Of a stretch of DNA of 51,083 nucleotides, positions 8,624-18,978 are shown piece after piece. A program made the position numbers and the translations under genes. The notes below the pieces were generated by a model, which did no database searches, was not told the DNA's origin, and saw only the letters and a list, made by a program, of their open reading frames with translations. Source of the DNA: Thermoplasmatales archaeon SW_10_69_26 (GTDB lineage Archaea; Thermoplasmatota; SW-10-69-26); assembly GCA_003009755.1 (NCBI GenBank), contig PXUB01000046.1:1-51083 (forward strand). The letters are read 5' to 3'. Position 1 is the stretch's first letter; each line of letters begins with the position of its first letter.

Positions 8624-9508
8624 ATGACAGAAGCTGCGACCGAAGAAACCTTGGAGGAGTTCATCGAGAAAAAAGAACGGCTCAACGAGCGTGCCAACGA
8701 GCACCGGAGCCAACGAGATGAACTCAACCAGAAGACGAAAGAATGGGCTCAGCGCCGAGACGAGCTCAACTCGAAGGTGCGCAGCCTCGTCGACAAGGCG
8801 AACGCGCACCGCTCGAAGCGCGACGAGCTCAACGAGAAGGTGCAGGAAGCCAAAGAGGTCCGTGACGAGTACAACGAGAAGGCGGCCGAGGCCCGCGAAG
8901 AGTTCGAGGCCGCCCGAGAGCAGCAGAAGTCCGACGACGGACCCTCCATCGACCAGCTGAAGTCCAAGCTCCGCAAGCTCGAGGAGCGCCACATGACCGA
9001 GGCGCTGTCCCCCGACAAGGAGCGCGACCTCATCGACGAGATGAAGGACCTCCAGACGAAGATCGACCAGAAGGAGGAGAAGCTCGAGAAGGACGAGGGC
9101 GCCAAGGACGCCTTCCGCGAGTACAAGGAGATCAAGGAGAAGGCCGAGGAGGCCCACGACCGGGTCACCGAGCTCGCCGAGCAGGCCCAGGAGGAGCACG
9201 ACCAGATGGTCTCCCTCTTCGAGGAGGCCGACGAGGTCCGCAAGAAGGCCGACGACGCGCAGGACAAGTTCGTCGAATCCAAGGAGAAAGCGGATCGGGT
9301 CCACCAAGAGTACATCGAGATGGTAAACCAGATCCGCGACTACGAGAAGGTCATCGTCAGCCTGAAGAAGCGCGAGCGCGAGGCCAAGAAGGAGGTCTCC
9401 GAGCAGGAGGCCAAGGAGGCCGCCAGCGAGATCTACGAGCGCTTCAAACGCGGCGAGAAGCTCTCCACCGACGACCTGATGGCGCTACAGAAAGCCGGGT
9501 TCCTCTAA
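8624..9508 (+). CDS. Conserved archaeal coiled-coil protein (COG1340-like)
   Basis: Repeated RDELN heptads; C-terminal FKRGEKLSTDDLMALQK. Confidence 0.85.
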   Translation: MTEAATEETLEEFIEKKERLNERANEHRSQRDELNQKTKEWAQRRDELNSKVRSLVDKANAHRSKRDELNEKVQEAKEVRDEYNEKAAEAREEFEAAREQQKSDDGPSIDQLKSKLRKLEERHMTEALSPDKERDLIDEMKDLQTKIDQKEEKLEKDEGAKDAFREYKEIKEKAEEAHDRVTELAEQAQEEHDQMVSLFEEADEVRKKADDAQDKFVESKEKADRVHQEYIEMVNQIRDYEKVIVSLKKREREAKKEVSEQEAKEAASEIYERFKRGEKLSTDDLMALQKAGFL

Positions 9509-9701
9509 GCGCGAGCCGCCATCGTTCGTCGACCCCGATCCCGTGACGATGCGTTCCGCATCGGCATCACGGGCGGTGACGCCTGCTTCGACGTCCGCGT
9601 CAATCTCACTACCGACCGAACGACCACCAACCGCCTGGGCCGGCGGATCCACGTTCCCGGTATCGTCGGGTTTTTGATGGACCTAGCTCACGACGGGGTA
9701 G

Positions 9702-9995
9702 ATGGACCTGGACTTCCACCCGGGCCTTCCCTTGGAGGTACGGGTCGACCTCGTCGAGGATGGCCGGGGCGCCGGGGTCCCGCTGTGGCAGCTCGAGCTC
9801 CTCGGCCAAGACGAGGGGATCGCCGAGGACTTCCTCGATGCATGCCGGGACGACCGGGCGAGGTCGTTTCTGGCGGACGTCGAGTGGGACGTGCTCGAGG
9901 CCCGCTACCAGGATCGCCAGCGCCGGGAGGAGGGGCCCTTCTGGCGACGGCCGAACATGACGCCCTCCTTCCCCGAGCTGCTGCCGCACACCTGA
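9702..9995 (+). CDS. Hypothetical protein
   Basis: 97 aa acidic ORF with GC3-rich codons; no recognised motif. Confidence 0.5.
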   Translation: MDLDFHPGLPLEVRVDLVEDGRGAGVPLWQLELLGQDEGIAEDFLDACRDDRARSFLADVEWDVLEARYQDRQRREEGPFWRRPNMTPSFPELLPHT

Positions 9996-10408
9996 TCGCA
10001 GCCTCACCGTCGAGACCGCGGACCCGGTGTTATGGTCGTTCGTTGTCGTTAGAAGGTGGTGAGCATGTCCGCCTGCGCAAGCCCTATGTAGCCAGGCCGA
10101 GTGAGGAAGTTACCAGGCGACCGACACCCTCGACGGTGTCAACGCGCGGTCGCCGACTCCTGGGGAGGAGTGTGTCAGCGCGTGAACTACGGTCAAGAAT
10201 GGTTCGACATCGGAACCAGCATCTCTGTGGCCGAGGTCCTCTCTACGAGGGGATTCGAGGTCAAAGCCGACACGGATCCGATCTCGCGCAAGCGGTCGTT
10301 CTACGCCCGCGTCTCGCGATGACGGGACCACCGTTCGGCAACACGGGATCCTGGATACGTCGTCCCGACGCACGTTAAGGGGGATGGGACGGCGACGACG
10401 TCACCAAG

Positions 10409-10448
10409 CCCCCCGGGTTCGCCGGGGGGTCCTTCTCTCATCTTCTCG
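10409..10448 (+). terminator. GC hairpin plus pyrimidine tract
   Basis: CCCCCCGG-gttcg-CCGGGGGG followed by TCCTTCTCTCATCTTCTC. Confidence 0.45.
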
Positions 10449-10651
10449 TCGACCGACAGCGGACGGTCTGGCCAAGCTGTCGATGGGATCCACGCGGGTC
10501 CCAGAGAGACGGACAAGGCAAGCCAGGGACGGGTCGGAGAGACAGGTTGCTCGGCGCCGGCGTCCTGCCGGAGCGGTCGCTGGCACGGACGTGGAAGCAG
10601 AGATCCCCTGCTGCGCCGCGATGGGAGACCCTGAGAGCTGGCCCCAAGGAG

Positions 10652-10785
10652 TAGCCCGGCCAGGATTGCGCACGTCCTCCCTGCGGTCGGACGTGCTCGT
10701 CCGAGACGCGCACGGTTCCCCCGCGCCCCGGACTCGAACTGAAGTTCGAATCCTGGCCCTCGCTGCTTGGGTGTTGTTGGGTCTA
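10652..10785 (-). repeat. tRNA-linked repeat downstream of tRNA-Gln
   Basis: 16-nt direct copy of tRNA 3' end (10652-10667 = 10786-10801) and 15-nt inverted T-arm copy (10744-10758). Confidence 0.8.
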
Positions 10786-10858
10786 TAGCCCGGCCAGGAT
10801 TCGAACCTGGGTAACGAGGACCAGAACCTCGTATGATTGGCCTCTACACCACCGGGCT
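10786..10858 (-). tRNA. tRNA-Gln (CTG)
   Basis: Reverse strand AGCCCGG...CGAGG-TTCTGGT-CCTCG...GGTTCGAATCCTGGCCGGGCTA. Confidence 0.95.
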
Positions 10859-11151
10859 AGGACGACACCGGGGCCAACCCCGGACCCCTATTTTAGCTTC
10901 ACGGCTCCCGCCGACCCCAGCAGGAAAGCATGCCACACCTTGACGGTATTCTTCGGGCGAATCGCGGCGCAACCTCCTCGCTTCGTTCCCCCTCCTCTTT
11001 TGTAGTGCCAGCCGACCGCTGGCATCCTCGTTCAAGTGCATTCCGGACGCTGCGTCCAGAACCCTCTTGCGCTCAGGGAGGGATGGCCGCGTGGCTCGAG
11101 GACATGGGAGGCGAGACCCGGTCTCACCTTTCGAGCCAGGAGCGGCAGACG

Positions 11152-13695
11152 ATGGAATCGCGACTCGCTACCGTCATCGGAGCACTGTTGTTGATCGGGG
11201 GATCGTTCGTCACCCTGGCTGGGGCCCAGATCCCGGACCCGCCCGAGGACCCACCCTCCTCGGTCGGCGTTTCGCTGGGCGACGCCTACTACGAGGACTT
11301 CCAGGATGACGACGGCGGATGGGATACCTATGCCCCACCGGCTCCGGCGATCTCCTCCTGGGAGCACGGGGAGCCCACATCCGGACCCGGCCAGGCCAGC
11401 CTCGGCGAGAACGTGTGGGCCACGAACCTCGATGGTGACTACCTCGGGAACGAGTGCAGCGCGCTCGTCTCGAGCCCGATCGACCTCTCCGACGCGTCGA
11501 GCGCCGAGGTCAGCTACGACCAGTGGCTGGACACCTTCGAGCCCTCCTACGGCACCGCCGAAGGAGGCGCCCTGTTCGTGTCCACCGACGGCGGCGAAAC
11601 GTTCGACCACGTCACCCCCGAGGGCGGGTACGACGCCGAGTTGTCGTACTCCGTCCGCGACTGCCTGGATCTCTCCTATGGCTCGGAGGGGTTCGTCGGT
11701 CCGGACACCCCTTCGGATTACGAGTCCGTGACCCTCGACCTCGACGACTACGTCGGCGAAGAGGACGTGCGCGTCGCGATCGGCATGGGGACCGCCTACT
11801 CCTCGACGGAGGCCGGCTGGTACGTGGACGCGTTCACTGTCACCGAGGACGGGTCGAGCACCGTCGAGGACTTCAGCACCGACGCCGGCTTCGAGACCCA
11901 GGAGTGGACCGAGGCCGAGGAACCGAAGGGCTGGGAGTGGGGCGAACCGACGACCGGGCCCTCGCTCGACGACGATGACCGCAAGATGTGGGCCACGAAC
12001 CTCGGCGGGGACTACGGCCCCAACGAGTGCAGCTGGATCGAGTCGCCCACGATCGATCTGACACCGACGGGCAACGAAATGGCCGCCCTGGCCAACCAGG
12101 CCACGCTGTCCTGGGAGCAGTGGTTCCAGTCCTCGTCGCTCTCCGCCGGCGGCGTGGTGCAGATCGGTGTGGACGGCGACTACACCACGATCGCCCCCGA
12201 GGACGGGTACCCCGACGACGCCGACGACGACCTCGTCGATTGCCTGGACAACGACGGCATCGGGCAATACGACGGCAACGAGGACAGCAGCTTCCAGGGA
12301 CCCAGCTCCCACCAGGCGGACATCACCGGCTTCCTGGGCGAGGAGATCACGATCCGCTACCTCCTCGGGTCCGAGGACTCCACGTACACGGGCCCCGGCT
12401 GGTACCTCGACAACGTCGCCGTCGAGCTCGGCGTGAGCGCCGACCTCCCCGGTGAGCAGACGGCCACCCTCGACCACCCCGGATGGAGCTCCGACGACGG
12501 CGACTGGGACTGGGGACCGGTCGCCAACGAGGGCCCGATCGGCGAGCTCGCCTACGGCACGAACACGCAGGGCGAGTACGCGCCCGGCCCCTCGTGCTCC
12601 GTCGTGGAGACGACGATCGACGTCCCCGTCGGCACCGAGGGCGACCTGACGTGGGATCAGTGGCTGCGCTCCTCGAGCTTCTCGGCCGGCGGCGTGATCC
12701 AGGTCGCCGACGACGAGGGCGTCCACAACATCGTGCCCGAGGGCGGGTACGCCAACGACCCCTACAGCTTGGAGACCGACGACTGCACGCAGCACGAGAC
12801 GCAGGACACCGGCGTCATGAACGGGTTCGAGCAGTCCACCGGCGACCCGATGGAGACCTGGTCGGCCGACCTCTCCGACTGGGCCGGCGAGCAGATCACG
12901 CTGCGCTTCGTGTGGGCTGTCGAGGACACCTCGTTCACGTACGACGGCTGGTACGTGAACAACGTCACGCTCGACGGCACGCCGCTGGTCGCCCCGAGCC
13001 CGGTGGACCTGAGCTTTCTCGCCGATACGAACCCCGAGGACGTCGTCGCGGACGTGCAGGCGAGCCTCGAGGAGAACCTCACGGCGGCTCAGAGCTTCAC
13101 CGACAGCCAGCCGGACCAGTACACCGGCTGGACGGTCGGCGGCCAGCACATCTCCTGGGCCTACGACGAGGCGACGACCGGGCCCGAGGGCGAGAACGTG
13201 ACCGCCACGAACCCCCACGGCGTCCACAGCGAAGAGGAGTACGAGTGCAGCTACGTGCAGTCGCCCACGGTCCCGACCGCGATGATCGGCGAGGATCTCC
13301 AGCTCAGGCTCGACCACTACCGGGACATGTCGTACTCCGATGGCTGGTACTCCAGCGGGGCCCGCACGGCGGGCTCGATCCTCGTCTCCACCGACGGAGG
13401 CGCCAGCTGGGACCTGTTGAACACGGACGCCAACGACATGGACGTCCAGTACACGCGGATCTACGACTGCTTCGCCCAGCTCGGCGTCGACGGCGGCGAG
13501 GACGAGATCGAGGACACCGGCGTCATCAGCGGTGAGTCCAACGCGATGGAGACCCTCACCGTCGATCTGAGCGAGTACGAGGACGCCTCCTCGATCACGG
13601 TCCGCATGATCTTCGGCACCGGAACGACCGTCTACGCCCAGGGCGGCTGGTCCTTCAACAACGTCAGCCTGGGCGACGTCGAGCTGATGGAGTAG
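11152..13695 (+). CDS. Secreted acidic protein with four beta-sandwich modules (immune-inhibitor-A C-terminal/MAM-like)
   Basis: Signal peptide MESRLATVIGALLL; four repeats of W.WG.P..GP...WATN..G.Y...EC...SP.IDL...GG...GWY.D.V; no catalytic motif seen. Confidence 0.75.
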   Translation: MESRLATVIGALLLIGGSFVTLAGAQIPDPPEDPPSSVGVSLGDAYYEDFQDDDGGWDTYAPPAPAISSWEHGEPTSGPGQASLGENVWATNLDGDYLGNECSALVSSPIDLSDASSAEVSYDQWLDTFEPSYGTAEGGALFVSTDGGETFDHVTPEGGYDAELSYSVRDCLDLSYGSEGFVGPDTPSDYESVTLDLDDYVGEEDVRVAIGMGTAYSSTEAGWYVDAFTVTEDGSSTVEDFSTDAGFETQEWTEAEEPKGWEWGEPTTGPSLDDDDRKMWATNLGGDYGPNECSWIESPTIDLTPTGNEMAALANQATLSWEQWFQSSSLSAGGVVQIGVDGDYTTIAPEDGYPDDADDDLVDCLDNDGIGQYDGNEDSSFQGPSSHQADITGFLGEEITIRYLLGSEDSTYTGPGWYLDNVAVELGVSADLPGEQTATLDHPGWSSDDGDWDWGPVANEGPIGELAYGTNTQGEYAPGPSCSVVETTIDVPVGTEGDLTWDQWLRSSSFSAGGVIQVADDEGVHNIVPEGGYANDPYSLETDDCTQHETQDTGVMNGFEQSTGDPMETWSADLSDWAGEQITLRFVWAVEDTSFTYDGWYVNNVTLDGTPLVAPSPVDLSFLADTNPEDVVADVQASLEENLTAAQSFTDSQPDQYTGWTVGGQHISWAYDEATTGPEGENVTATNPHGVHSEEEYECSYVQSPTVPTAMIGEDLQLRLDHYRDMSYSDGWYSSGARTAGSILVSTDGGASWDLLNTDANDMDVQYTRIYDCFAQLGVDGGEDEIEDTGVISGESNAMETLTVDLSEYEDASSITVRMIFGTGTTVYAQGGWSFNNVSLGDVELME

Positions 13696-13732
13696 CTCCC
13701 GAGACCACGCACCCGTACGCAGGAGCCCCACC

Positions 13733-16700
13733 ATGCCCCAACGCCCACGCTCCCCACCGACCCACCGAGCCCTGTCGCTCGTCAGCGCGCTGCTCATGCT
13801 GACGATGGGCCTCGCCCAGGCCCCAGGCCTCGCTCAACCGGCCCCGCCGGACGAGGTGACCGTCGAACCGCCCTTCCTCGGAGCACCCGCCTACGAGGAG
13901 GACTTCCAGGAGGACCGCGGGGGCTGGGAGGCGGACACGCCGCCAGCCCCGGCGATGACGTGGGAGCACGGCGACCCCTCGTCCGGGCCGGGCGAGGCCA
14001 GCCTCGGCGGGAACGTGTGGGCGACGAACCTGGACGGCGACCACCGCCCGTACGAGTGCGGGGTGCTCGTCTCCGGTCCGATCGACCTCACCGACACCTC
14101 GTCGGCCGAGATCGCGATCGAGCACGCCTACGAGCTCTACCAGAGCTCGTGGGAGGGCGACGGCGCCGTGCTGTTCGTCACCACCGACGACGGCGACAGC
14201 TTCGAGCAGGCGTCCCCGGTCGAAGGCTACGACGCCCAGCTGTCCTACAGCGTGCGCGACTGCCTCGACCTCGAGGACCACGCCGCCGGGTTCACCGGCG
14301 AGCAGCTCGACAGGCAGACCTCGACGGTGGACCTCGACCCCTACACGGGCCAACAGATCCGCATCGCGTTCGGGTTCGCCTCGGGCGAGAGCTCCGAGGT
14401 CCGCGAAGGCTGGTACATCGACGGGTACCACCTGACCACCGACGGGCAGACCCGGACCGAGGACCTCGCCACGGACGCGGGGTTCACGGTCGAAGCGTTC
14501 ACGCAGCCCGAGCAACCGCTCGGTTGGGCGTGGGGCAACCCCTCCTCCTCGGAGGGTCCCTCCTTCCAGGAGGCCACACGCCTGTGGGGGACCAACCTCG
14601 ACGGCGACCACGGCAAGAACGAGTGCAGCACGATCGAGTCCCCTCCGATCGACCTCAGCGACGTCACGGCCGAGGCCGCCCCCCAAGCGAGCCTCAGCTG
14701 GGACCAGTGGTTCCGCAGCTCCAGCGCGTCCGGCGGAGGCGTCGTCCAGATCGGCGTCGACGGCGAGTACCACAACGTCGAACCCACGCAGGGCTACCCG
14801 GCCCACCCCGACCAGGCCCTCGACGAATGCCTCGACCACCGCACGCAGGCGACCGGCGCCTTCGCAGGCAGCCTGCAGTACCGCGGCGACGACATGGTCG
14901 AGAGGCGCGCCGACGTCACCGAGTTCCTCGGCGAGGAGATCACGGTCCGCTTCGTGTTCGCCACGACCGACAGCAAGTACCTCGTCGACGGCTGGTACGT
15001 GAACGACGTCGCCATCGAGCTCGGCGCCGGCGCCGACCCCGTCACCGTGGACGTCCCCGAACCCGAGGACGTCCCCGACCAGCAGGCCTTCGAGCCCGTG
15101 GACACCGTCTACCAAGAGGACTTCGAGGGCGACGACGGCAACTGGACCGACGTCGGCGTCGCCACGTGGGAGCACGGCACCCCCGTCAACCCGCCCGAGG
15201 TCCCTGTCGGCAGCCTCGAGATGTGGGGCACCAACCTCCTCGGCGACACGCGCGAGCGCGCCTGCAGCTACGTCGACAGTCCCACGATCTCGCTCCCCGG
15301 CGTGAACACGTACGGGACCGCCGAGACGATCCAGCTCACGCTGGAGACGTTCCGCGACCTGGCCGAACACGTCGATGGAGCCGTCGTCTGGGTGAACGGC
15401 GAGGACGACAACTGGTACCGCATCGAGCCGCGCGAGGGCTACGACGGCCGGCTGGGTGGCTTCGCCGAGATCGTCTGCCTGGGCGGCCCCAAGGTGTCCT
15501 CCACGTACTGGACCGGGGCGGCCGAGAGCGGCGACGACTGGCACATGGACACGTTCGACCTGTCGGCGTTCGCCGGCGAGGACGTCGAGATCCGGCTCGC
15601 CTACACCAGCGGGCTCGACGAGGACCACCGTGGCATCTACCTCGACGAGGCCCGCATCGACGTCGGCGTCGGCGCCAGCGCCTCGCCGGCCGAGCTCACG
15701 CAGCCCCAAGCCGTCGCCGACGAGCTGTGCCAGGAGGACACGCCCGCCTGGAACGTGCAGCGCAACTCCGCCACCTGGTGCCGGGGCGTGCCCACGACCG
15801 GGCCCTCCACGGTGCAGACCGTTTGGGCCACCGACCCGCACGGCGGCCACGAGATCGGCGAGTGCAGCTACCTGACGTCCGAGCCGATCGACGCCAGCAA
15901 CGTGCCCGGCCTGGGCTCGCTGACGCTCAGCTTCGAGCACTTCCTCGACACGCGCCGCAACACCGGCGCGATCGTGGAGATCTCCGACGATGGCGGGCAG
16001 ACGTGGGGCAAGATCTCCCCCGTCGGCGGCTACGACAGCACGTCCTGGGATGACCTGGTCAACGGCTGCCTTGACGGCCCCGACACGATGACGGTCTTCC
16101 AGGACACCGACGACACCTACGAGCCCGTCGAGTTCGACTTGCGCGGCTCCGAGGACAGCACGTTCCAGCTCCGCTTCGCGTTCGCCGGCATGGACCTCCC
16201 CGACCCGGGCTGGTACCTGCGCGACATCCAGCTCGACCGGGGCCTCGGCAGCGTGCCCGTCAGCGGCCTCGCCGCCGCCTCGCAGGCCGCGCCCGCGGCG
16301 CCCGCCGACCGCGGCGCGTCCAGCGTCGATGCGCTGCGCGAGATCGCCGGCCCGAGCCTGACCGAGACCCTCGACGAGGGCCCAAGCGGCCCCGTGGAGG
16401 CGATCGTGACCGGGCCCGCGCACGACACCGACCAGCGCTTCGCGGACCGGCAGACGGCGATGGCCCACTTCGACGAGGCCGCCCAGCCGTTCTTCGACCG
16501 GCTCGAACGCACGGTCGACGCGGTCGGCGGCGAGATCACGGACACCTGGTCCCCCGCGCCGGCCGTCGAGGTCCGCGCGCCGGTGAGCACGCTGGCCGCG
16601 CTCGCCGAGCTCGACGCGACCCGCCACGTCGCTCGGGACCACCCCGGCTCCGTCGAGCTCGTGGAACCGCTGCCGCCCGAGGACGAGGGCGTGTCGCTGA

Positions 16701-18460
16701 TGAACACCGAGGGCCGTCAGATGCTGCAGGCCGAGCAGGCCTGGGCCGAGGGCTTCCGCGGCGAGGACACGACGATCAGCGTGATCGACACCGGCATCGA
16801 CGACCGGCACGAGGCGTTCCGCAACGCCGACGGATCCTCGCGCGTCGTCGGATGGCTGGATCTGTACAACGGCGAGCCCGAGCCCTACGACGACCACGGC
16901 CACGGCACGCATGTCGCCGCCAGCGCCGCCGGCTCGTCCGCGTGGGAGCACCCGCACTACGGCGCGTTCGAGGAGACCGGCGTCGCGCCCGAGGCCGACC
17001 TGCTCGGCGTCAAGTTCCTCTCCAGCGGCGGCGGGGGCACGTTGTCCGACGCGCTGGACGCCCTCGAGTGGTCCTTCGAGCAGGGCGCCAACGTGACATC
17101 GAACTCCTGGGGAGCCTCTTGCGAGGCGACAACCTCCATCGTGGCGCTCGTCGACCAGCTCACCGACCAAGGCATGCGGAGCGTATTCGCCGCCGGCAAC
17201 AGCGGACCGGCCGCCGGCTCGATCGGTGGCCCCGGATGCGGCGAGGAGAGCCTCACCGTCGGCGCCACCGACGACGAGCGCGAGGTCGCCAGCTTCTCCA
17301 GCCGCGGCCCGTGCACCGACCCCGCCAGGGAGGACGCCGAGCCGCGCACGTGCCCGGACGTCGTCGCCAAGGGCGAGGCCGTGCGGAGCGCGGTGCCACG
17401 CGAGGGAGCCGCCGGCGGGGCGCCCGAGGGCTACCGCACCTGGAGCGGTACCAGCATGGCCACGCCCCAGGTCGCCGGCGCCGTCGCCCTCATGGAGCAG
17501 ATGAAGATCGCGGAGACCGGCACCGGCTGGGACACCGCCAGCGGCGCCGACGTCACCACGATCAAGGACACCGCCCACCGGCTGCCCAGCTTCGACGCGG
17601 AGCCCAACGACGACTACGGCTGGGGTCTGCCCCAGCTCATGGGCGTGCACACGGTGCTGACGACCGGCGAGGAGGCCGAGATCCGCGAGAGGTTCTCGAT
17701 CGCGGACGACGAGCTGCGGATCGGCGACCGGACCGAGTACCGGTTCACCGTCCGCAACTACGGGGCGATCACCGCCTCGGGCCCGCTGGAGGCCACGCTG
17801 ACGCACCCGGACGGGACGACGCAGACGCTCGTGGACGAGCCCACCGACCTCGGCTACCTCGACGTCGCCGGCGTCGCCGACGGGTTCCCCGTGCAAGGCC
17901 GCACGCTGCCCGGCACCTACACGTTCGCCGGCAGCTACGATTACGCCTGGGAGGACCCGGACACGGGGGACACGATCGAGGGGCAGATCGCCCACGAGGA
18001 CACGTTCACCGTGGTCCGGCCCTACCTCGAGCTGGCGATGCACGGCCTCGAGGGCACCGCAGCCCCCGGCGTGCCGCAGTCGCTCACGTTCGCGGCGACG
18101 AACGTCGGGAACGAAGCAGCCAGCGACGTCGAGCTGCGCCTCACCGTGCCCGACGCGTACGCCTTCCTCCCGCCCGGGGACGTCGATCCGACGGACCCGG
18201 ATAGCCGCTACTCGTCGCCGCCGCCGGACGAGACCGTCGACCACGAGGACGGCGTGACGCTCGTGTACGACGCCGACGAGCTCGGGATCGACGACGAGCA
18301 CGAGATCGATCTAACGCTGGCGGCGACCGAGCCCGGCGACCACCAGCTGTTGACGGTGGCCACGTTCACGGACGCCGCGGACCGCGGCTTCGCGCAAGGC
18401 GCCGCGCACGACCAGAGCGTGGAGACGCCCCTCGCCACGCTCCTCGACCCGGTCCGCTGA
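13733..18460 (+). CDS. Multidomain S8 subtilisin-like serine protease
   Basis: VIDTGID, HGHGTHVA, AAGNSG, SGTSMATPQVAG; four N-terminal modules as in the upstream gene; C-terminal Ig/CARDB-like domains. Confidence 0.92.
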   Translation: MPQRPRSPPTHRALSLVSALLMLTMGLAQAPGLAQPAPPDEVTVEPPFLGAPAYEEDFQEDRGGWEADTPPAPAMTWEHGDPSSGPGEASLGGNVWATNLDGDHRPYECGVLVSGPIDLTDTSSAEIAIEHAYELYQSSWEGDGAVLFVTTDDGDSFEQASPVEGYDAQLSYSVRDCLDLEDHAAGFTGEQLDRQTSTVDLDPYTGQQIRIAFGFASGESSEVREGWYIDGYHLTTDGQTRTEDLATDAGFTVEAFTQPEQPLGWAWGNPSSSEGPSFQEATRLWGTNLDGDHGKNECSTIESPPIDLSDVTAEAAPQASLSWDQWFRSSSASGGGVVQIGVDGEYHNVEPTQGYPAHPDQALDECLDHRTQATGAFAGSLQYRGDDMVERRADVTEFLGEEITVRFVFATTDSKYLVDGWYVNDVAIELGAGADPVTVDVPEPEDVPDQQAFEPVDTVYQEDFEGDDGNWTDVGVATWEHGTPVNPPEVPVGSLEMWGTNLLGDTRERACSYVDSPTISLPGVNTYGTAETIQLTLETFRDLAEHVDGAVVWVNGEDDNWYRIEPREGYDGRLGGFAEIVCLGGPKVSSTYWTGAAESGDDWHMDTFDLSAFAGEDVEIRLAYTSGLDEDHRGIYLDEARIDVGVGASASPAELTQPQAVADELCQEDTPAWNVQRNSATWCRGVPTTGPSTVQTVWATDPHGGHEIGECSYLTSEPIDASNVPGLGSLTLSFEHFLDTRRNTGAIVEISDDGGQTWGKISPVGGYDSTSWDDLVNGCLDGPDTMTVFQDTDDTYEPVEFDLRGSEDSTFQLRFAFAGMDLPDPGWYLRDIQLDRGLGSVPVSGLAAASQAAPAAPADRGASSVDALREIAGPSLTETLDEGPSGPVEAIVTGPAHDTDQRFADRQTAMAHFDEAAQPFFDRLERTVDAVGGEITDTWSPAPAVEVRAPVSTLAALAELDATRHVARDHPGSVELVEPLPPEDEGVSLMNTEGRQMLQAEQAWAEGFRGEDTTISVIDTGIDDRHEAFRNADGSSRVVGWLDLYNGEPEPYDDHGHGTHVAASAAGSSAWEHPHYGAFEETGVAPEADLLGVKFLSSGGGGTLSDALDALEWSFEQGANVTSNSWGASCEATTSIVALVDQLTDQGMRSVFAAGNSGPAAGSIGGPGCGEESLTVGATDDEREVASFSSRGPCTDPAREDAEPRTCPDVVAKGEAVRSAVPREGAAGGAPEGYRTWSGTSMATPQVAGAVALMEQMKIAETGTGWDTASGADVTTIKDTAHRLPSFDAEPNDDYGWGLPQLMGVHTVLTTGEEAEIRERFSIADDELRIGDRTEYRFTVRNYGAITASGPLEATLTHPDGTTQTLVDEPTDLGYLDVAGVADGFPVQGRTLPGTYTFAGSYDYAWEDPDTGDTIEGQIAHEDTFTVVRPYLELAMHGLEGTAAPGVPQSLTFAATNVGNEAASDVELRLTVPDAYAFLPPGDVDPTDPDSRYSSPPPDETVDHEDGVTLVYDADELGIDDEHEIDLTLAATEPGDHQLLTVATFTDAADRGFAQGAAHDQSVETPLATLLDPVR

Positions 18461-18546
18461 CCGGGCCCGATCCGGGCCTGATCCGGGCCGGCCGCTCGCC
18501 GGCGGCCGGTCCCCGGATCATCCGCGAACCCCCCAGCCGCAGCGAG

Positions 18547-18642
18547 GCTGCCGGCTGTGCTTGGGTTCAGCTCTCGCCGCCCTCAGGCGGTGAAAACGCT
18601 CAGACCGGCGCGAGAGCGCAAGCAAACCAAGACCGGCGCTAG
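18547..18642. repeat. Dispersed CTAG-bounded hairpin repeat, copy 2
   Basis: GCTCTCGC (18570-18577) pairs with GCGAGAGC (18610-18617); TGCTTG/CAAGCA and GCCGG/CCGGC outer stems; ends in CTAG. Confidence 0.65.
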
Positions 18643-18684
18643 GCCAGGGTGACGCGCGAGCGCAGGCCGGACCGGCTGGCGTCC

Positions 18685-18978
18685 TCAGGCCAGCCCGTAC
18701 CGGGCGAGCTTGTTCGCGACGTCGTCCACGTCGTCGATGAACCGCCGACCGTGGGGCGTCAGCTCGAGTTCGTCACCGTCGTCGAGCAACCCCAGCTCGG
18801 CCATCTGTTCGACGTGATCCCAGAAGCGGTCGTGCGGTAGGTTGGCCTGCGATCTGACCCGGCTCGTCCGCAACGGCCCGGGTTGCGAGCGCTGCTCGCA
18901 GATGCCCTCGAGGACGTCGGCCCAGATCTCGAACCGATAGCGCTGTCGCTTGGCGCCTGGGATGGCGACCCTCCCCAT
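18685..18978 (-). CDS. Small archaeal winged-helix transcription regulator
   Basis: RYRFEIWADVLE...ANLPHDRF...MAELGLL...LTPHGRRF. Confidence 0.8.
   Translation of the reverse strand: MGRVAIPGAKRQRYRFEIWADVLEGICEQRSQPGPLRTSRVRSQANLPHDRFWDHVEQMAELGLLDDGDELELTPHGRRFIDDVDDVANKLARYGLA

Noticed and set aside
10000-10650. Possible RNase P/SRP RNA or gene (GAGGAAGTT at ~10103; 73-aa ORF 10101-10322)
   Set aside because: Other conserved RNase P and SRP motifs not found; the ORF has no recognisable family and may be a decayed remnant
6282-10667. Integrated element between the tRNA 3'-end duplicates
   Set aside because: Each duplicate lies only ~130 nt from its own tRNA, the genes between are housekeeping, and no integrase is present
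11032-18301. Very long antisense ORFs (also 30147-32843, 41038-43770, 44226-46283 and others)
   Set aside because: Shadow frames of real genes caused by high GC3; no independent motifs
18461-18488. Short tandem repeat GATCCGGGCC after the subtilase stop
   Set aside because: Fewer than three copies; likely local slippage
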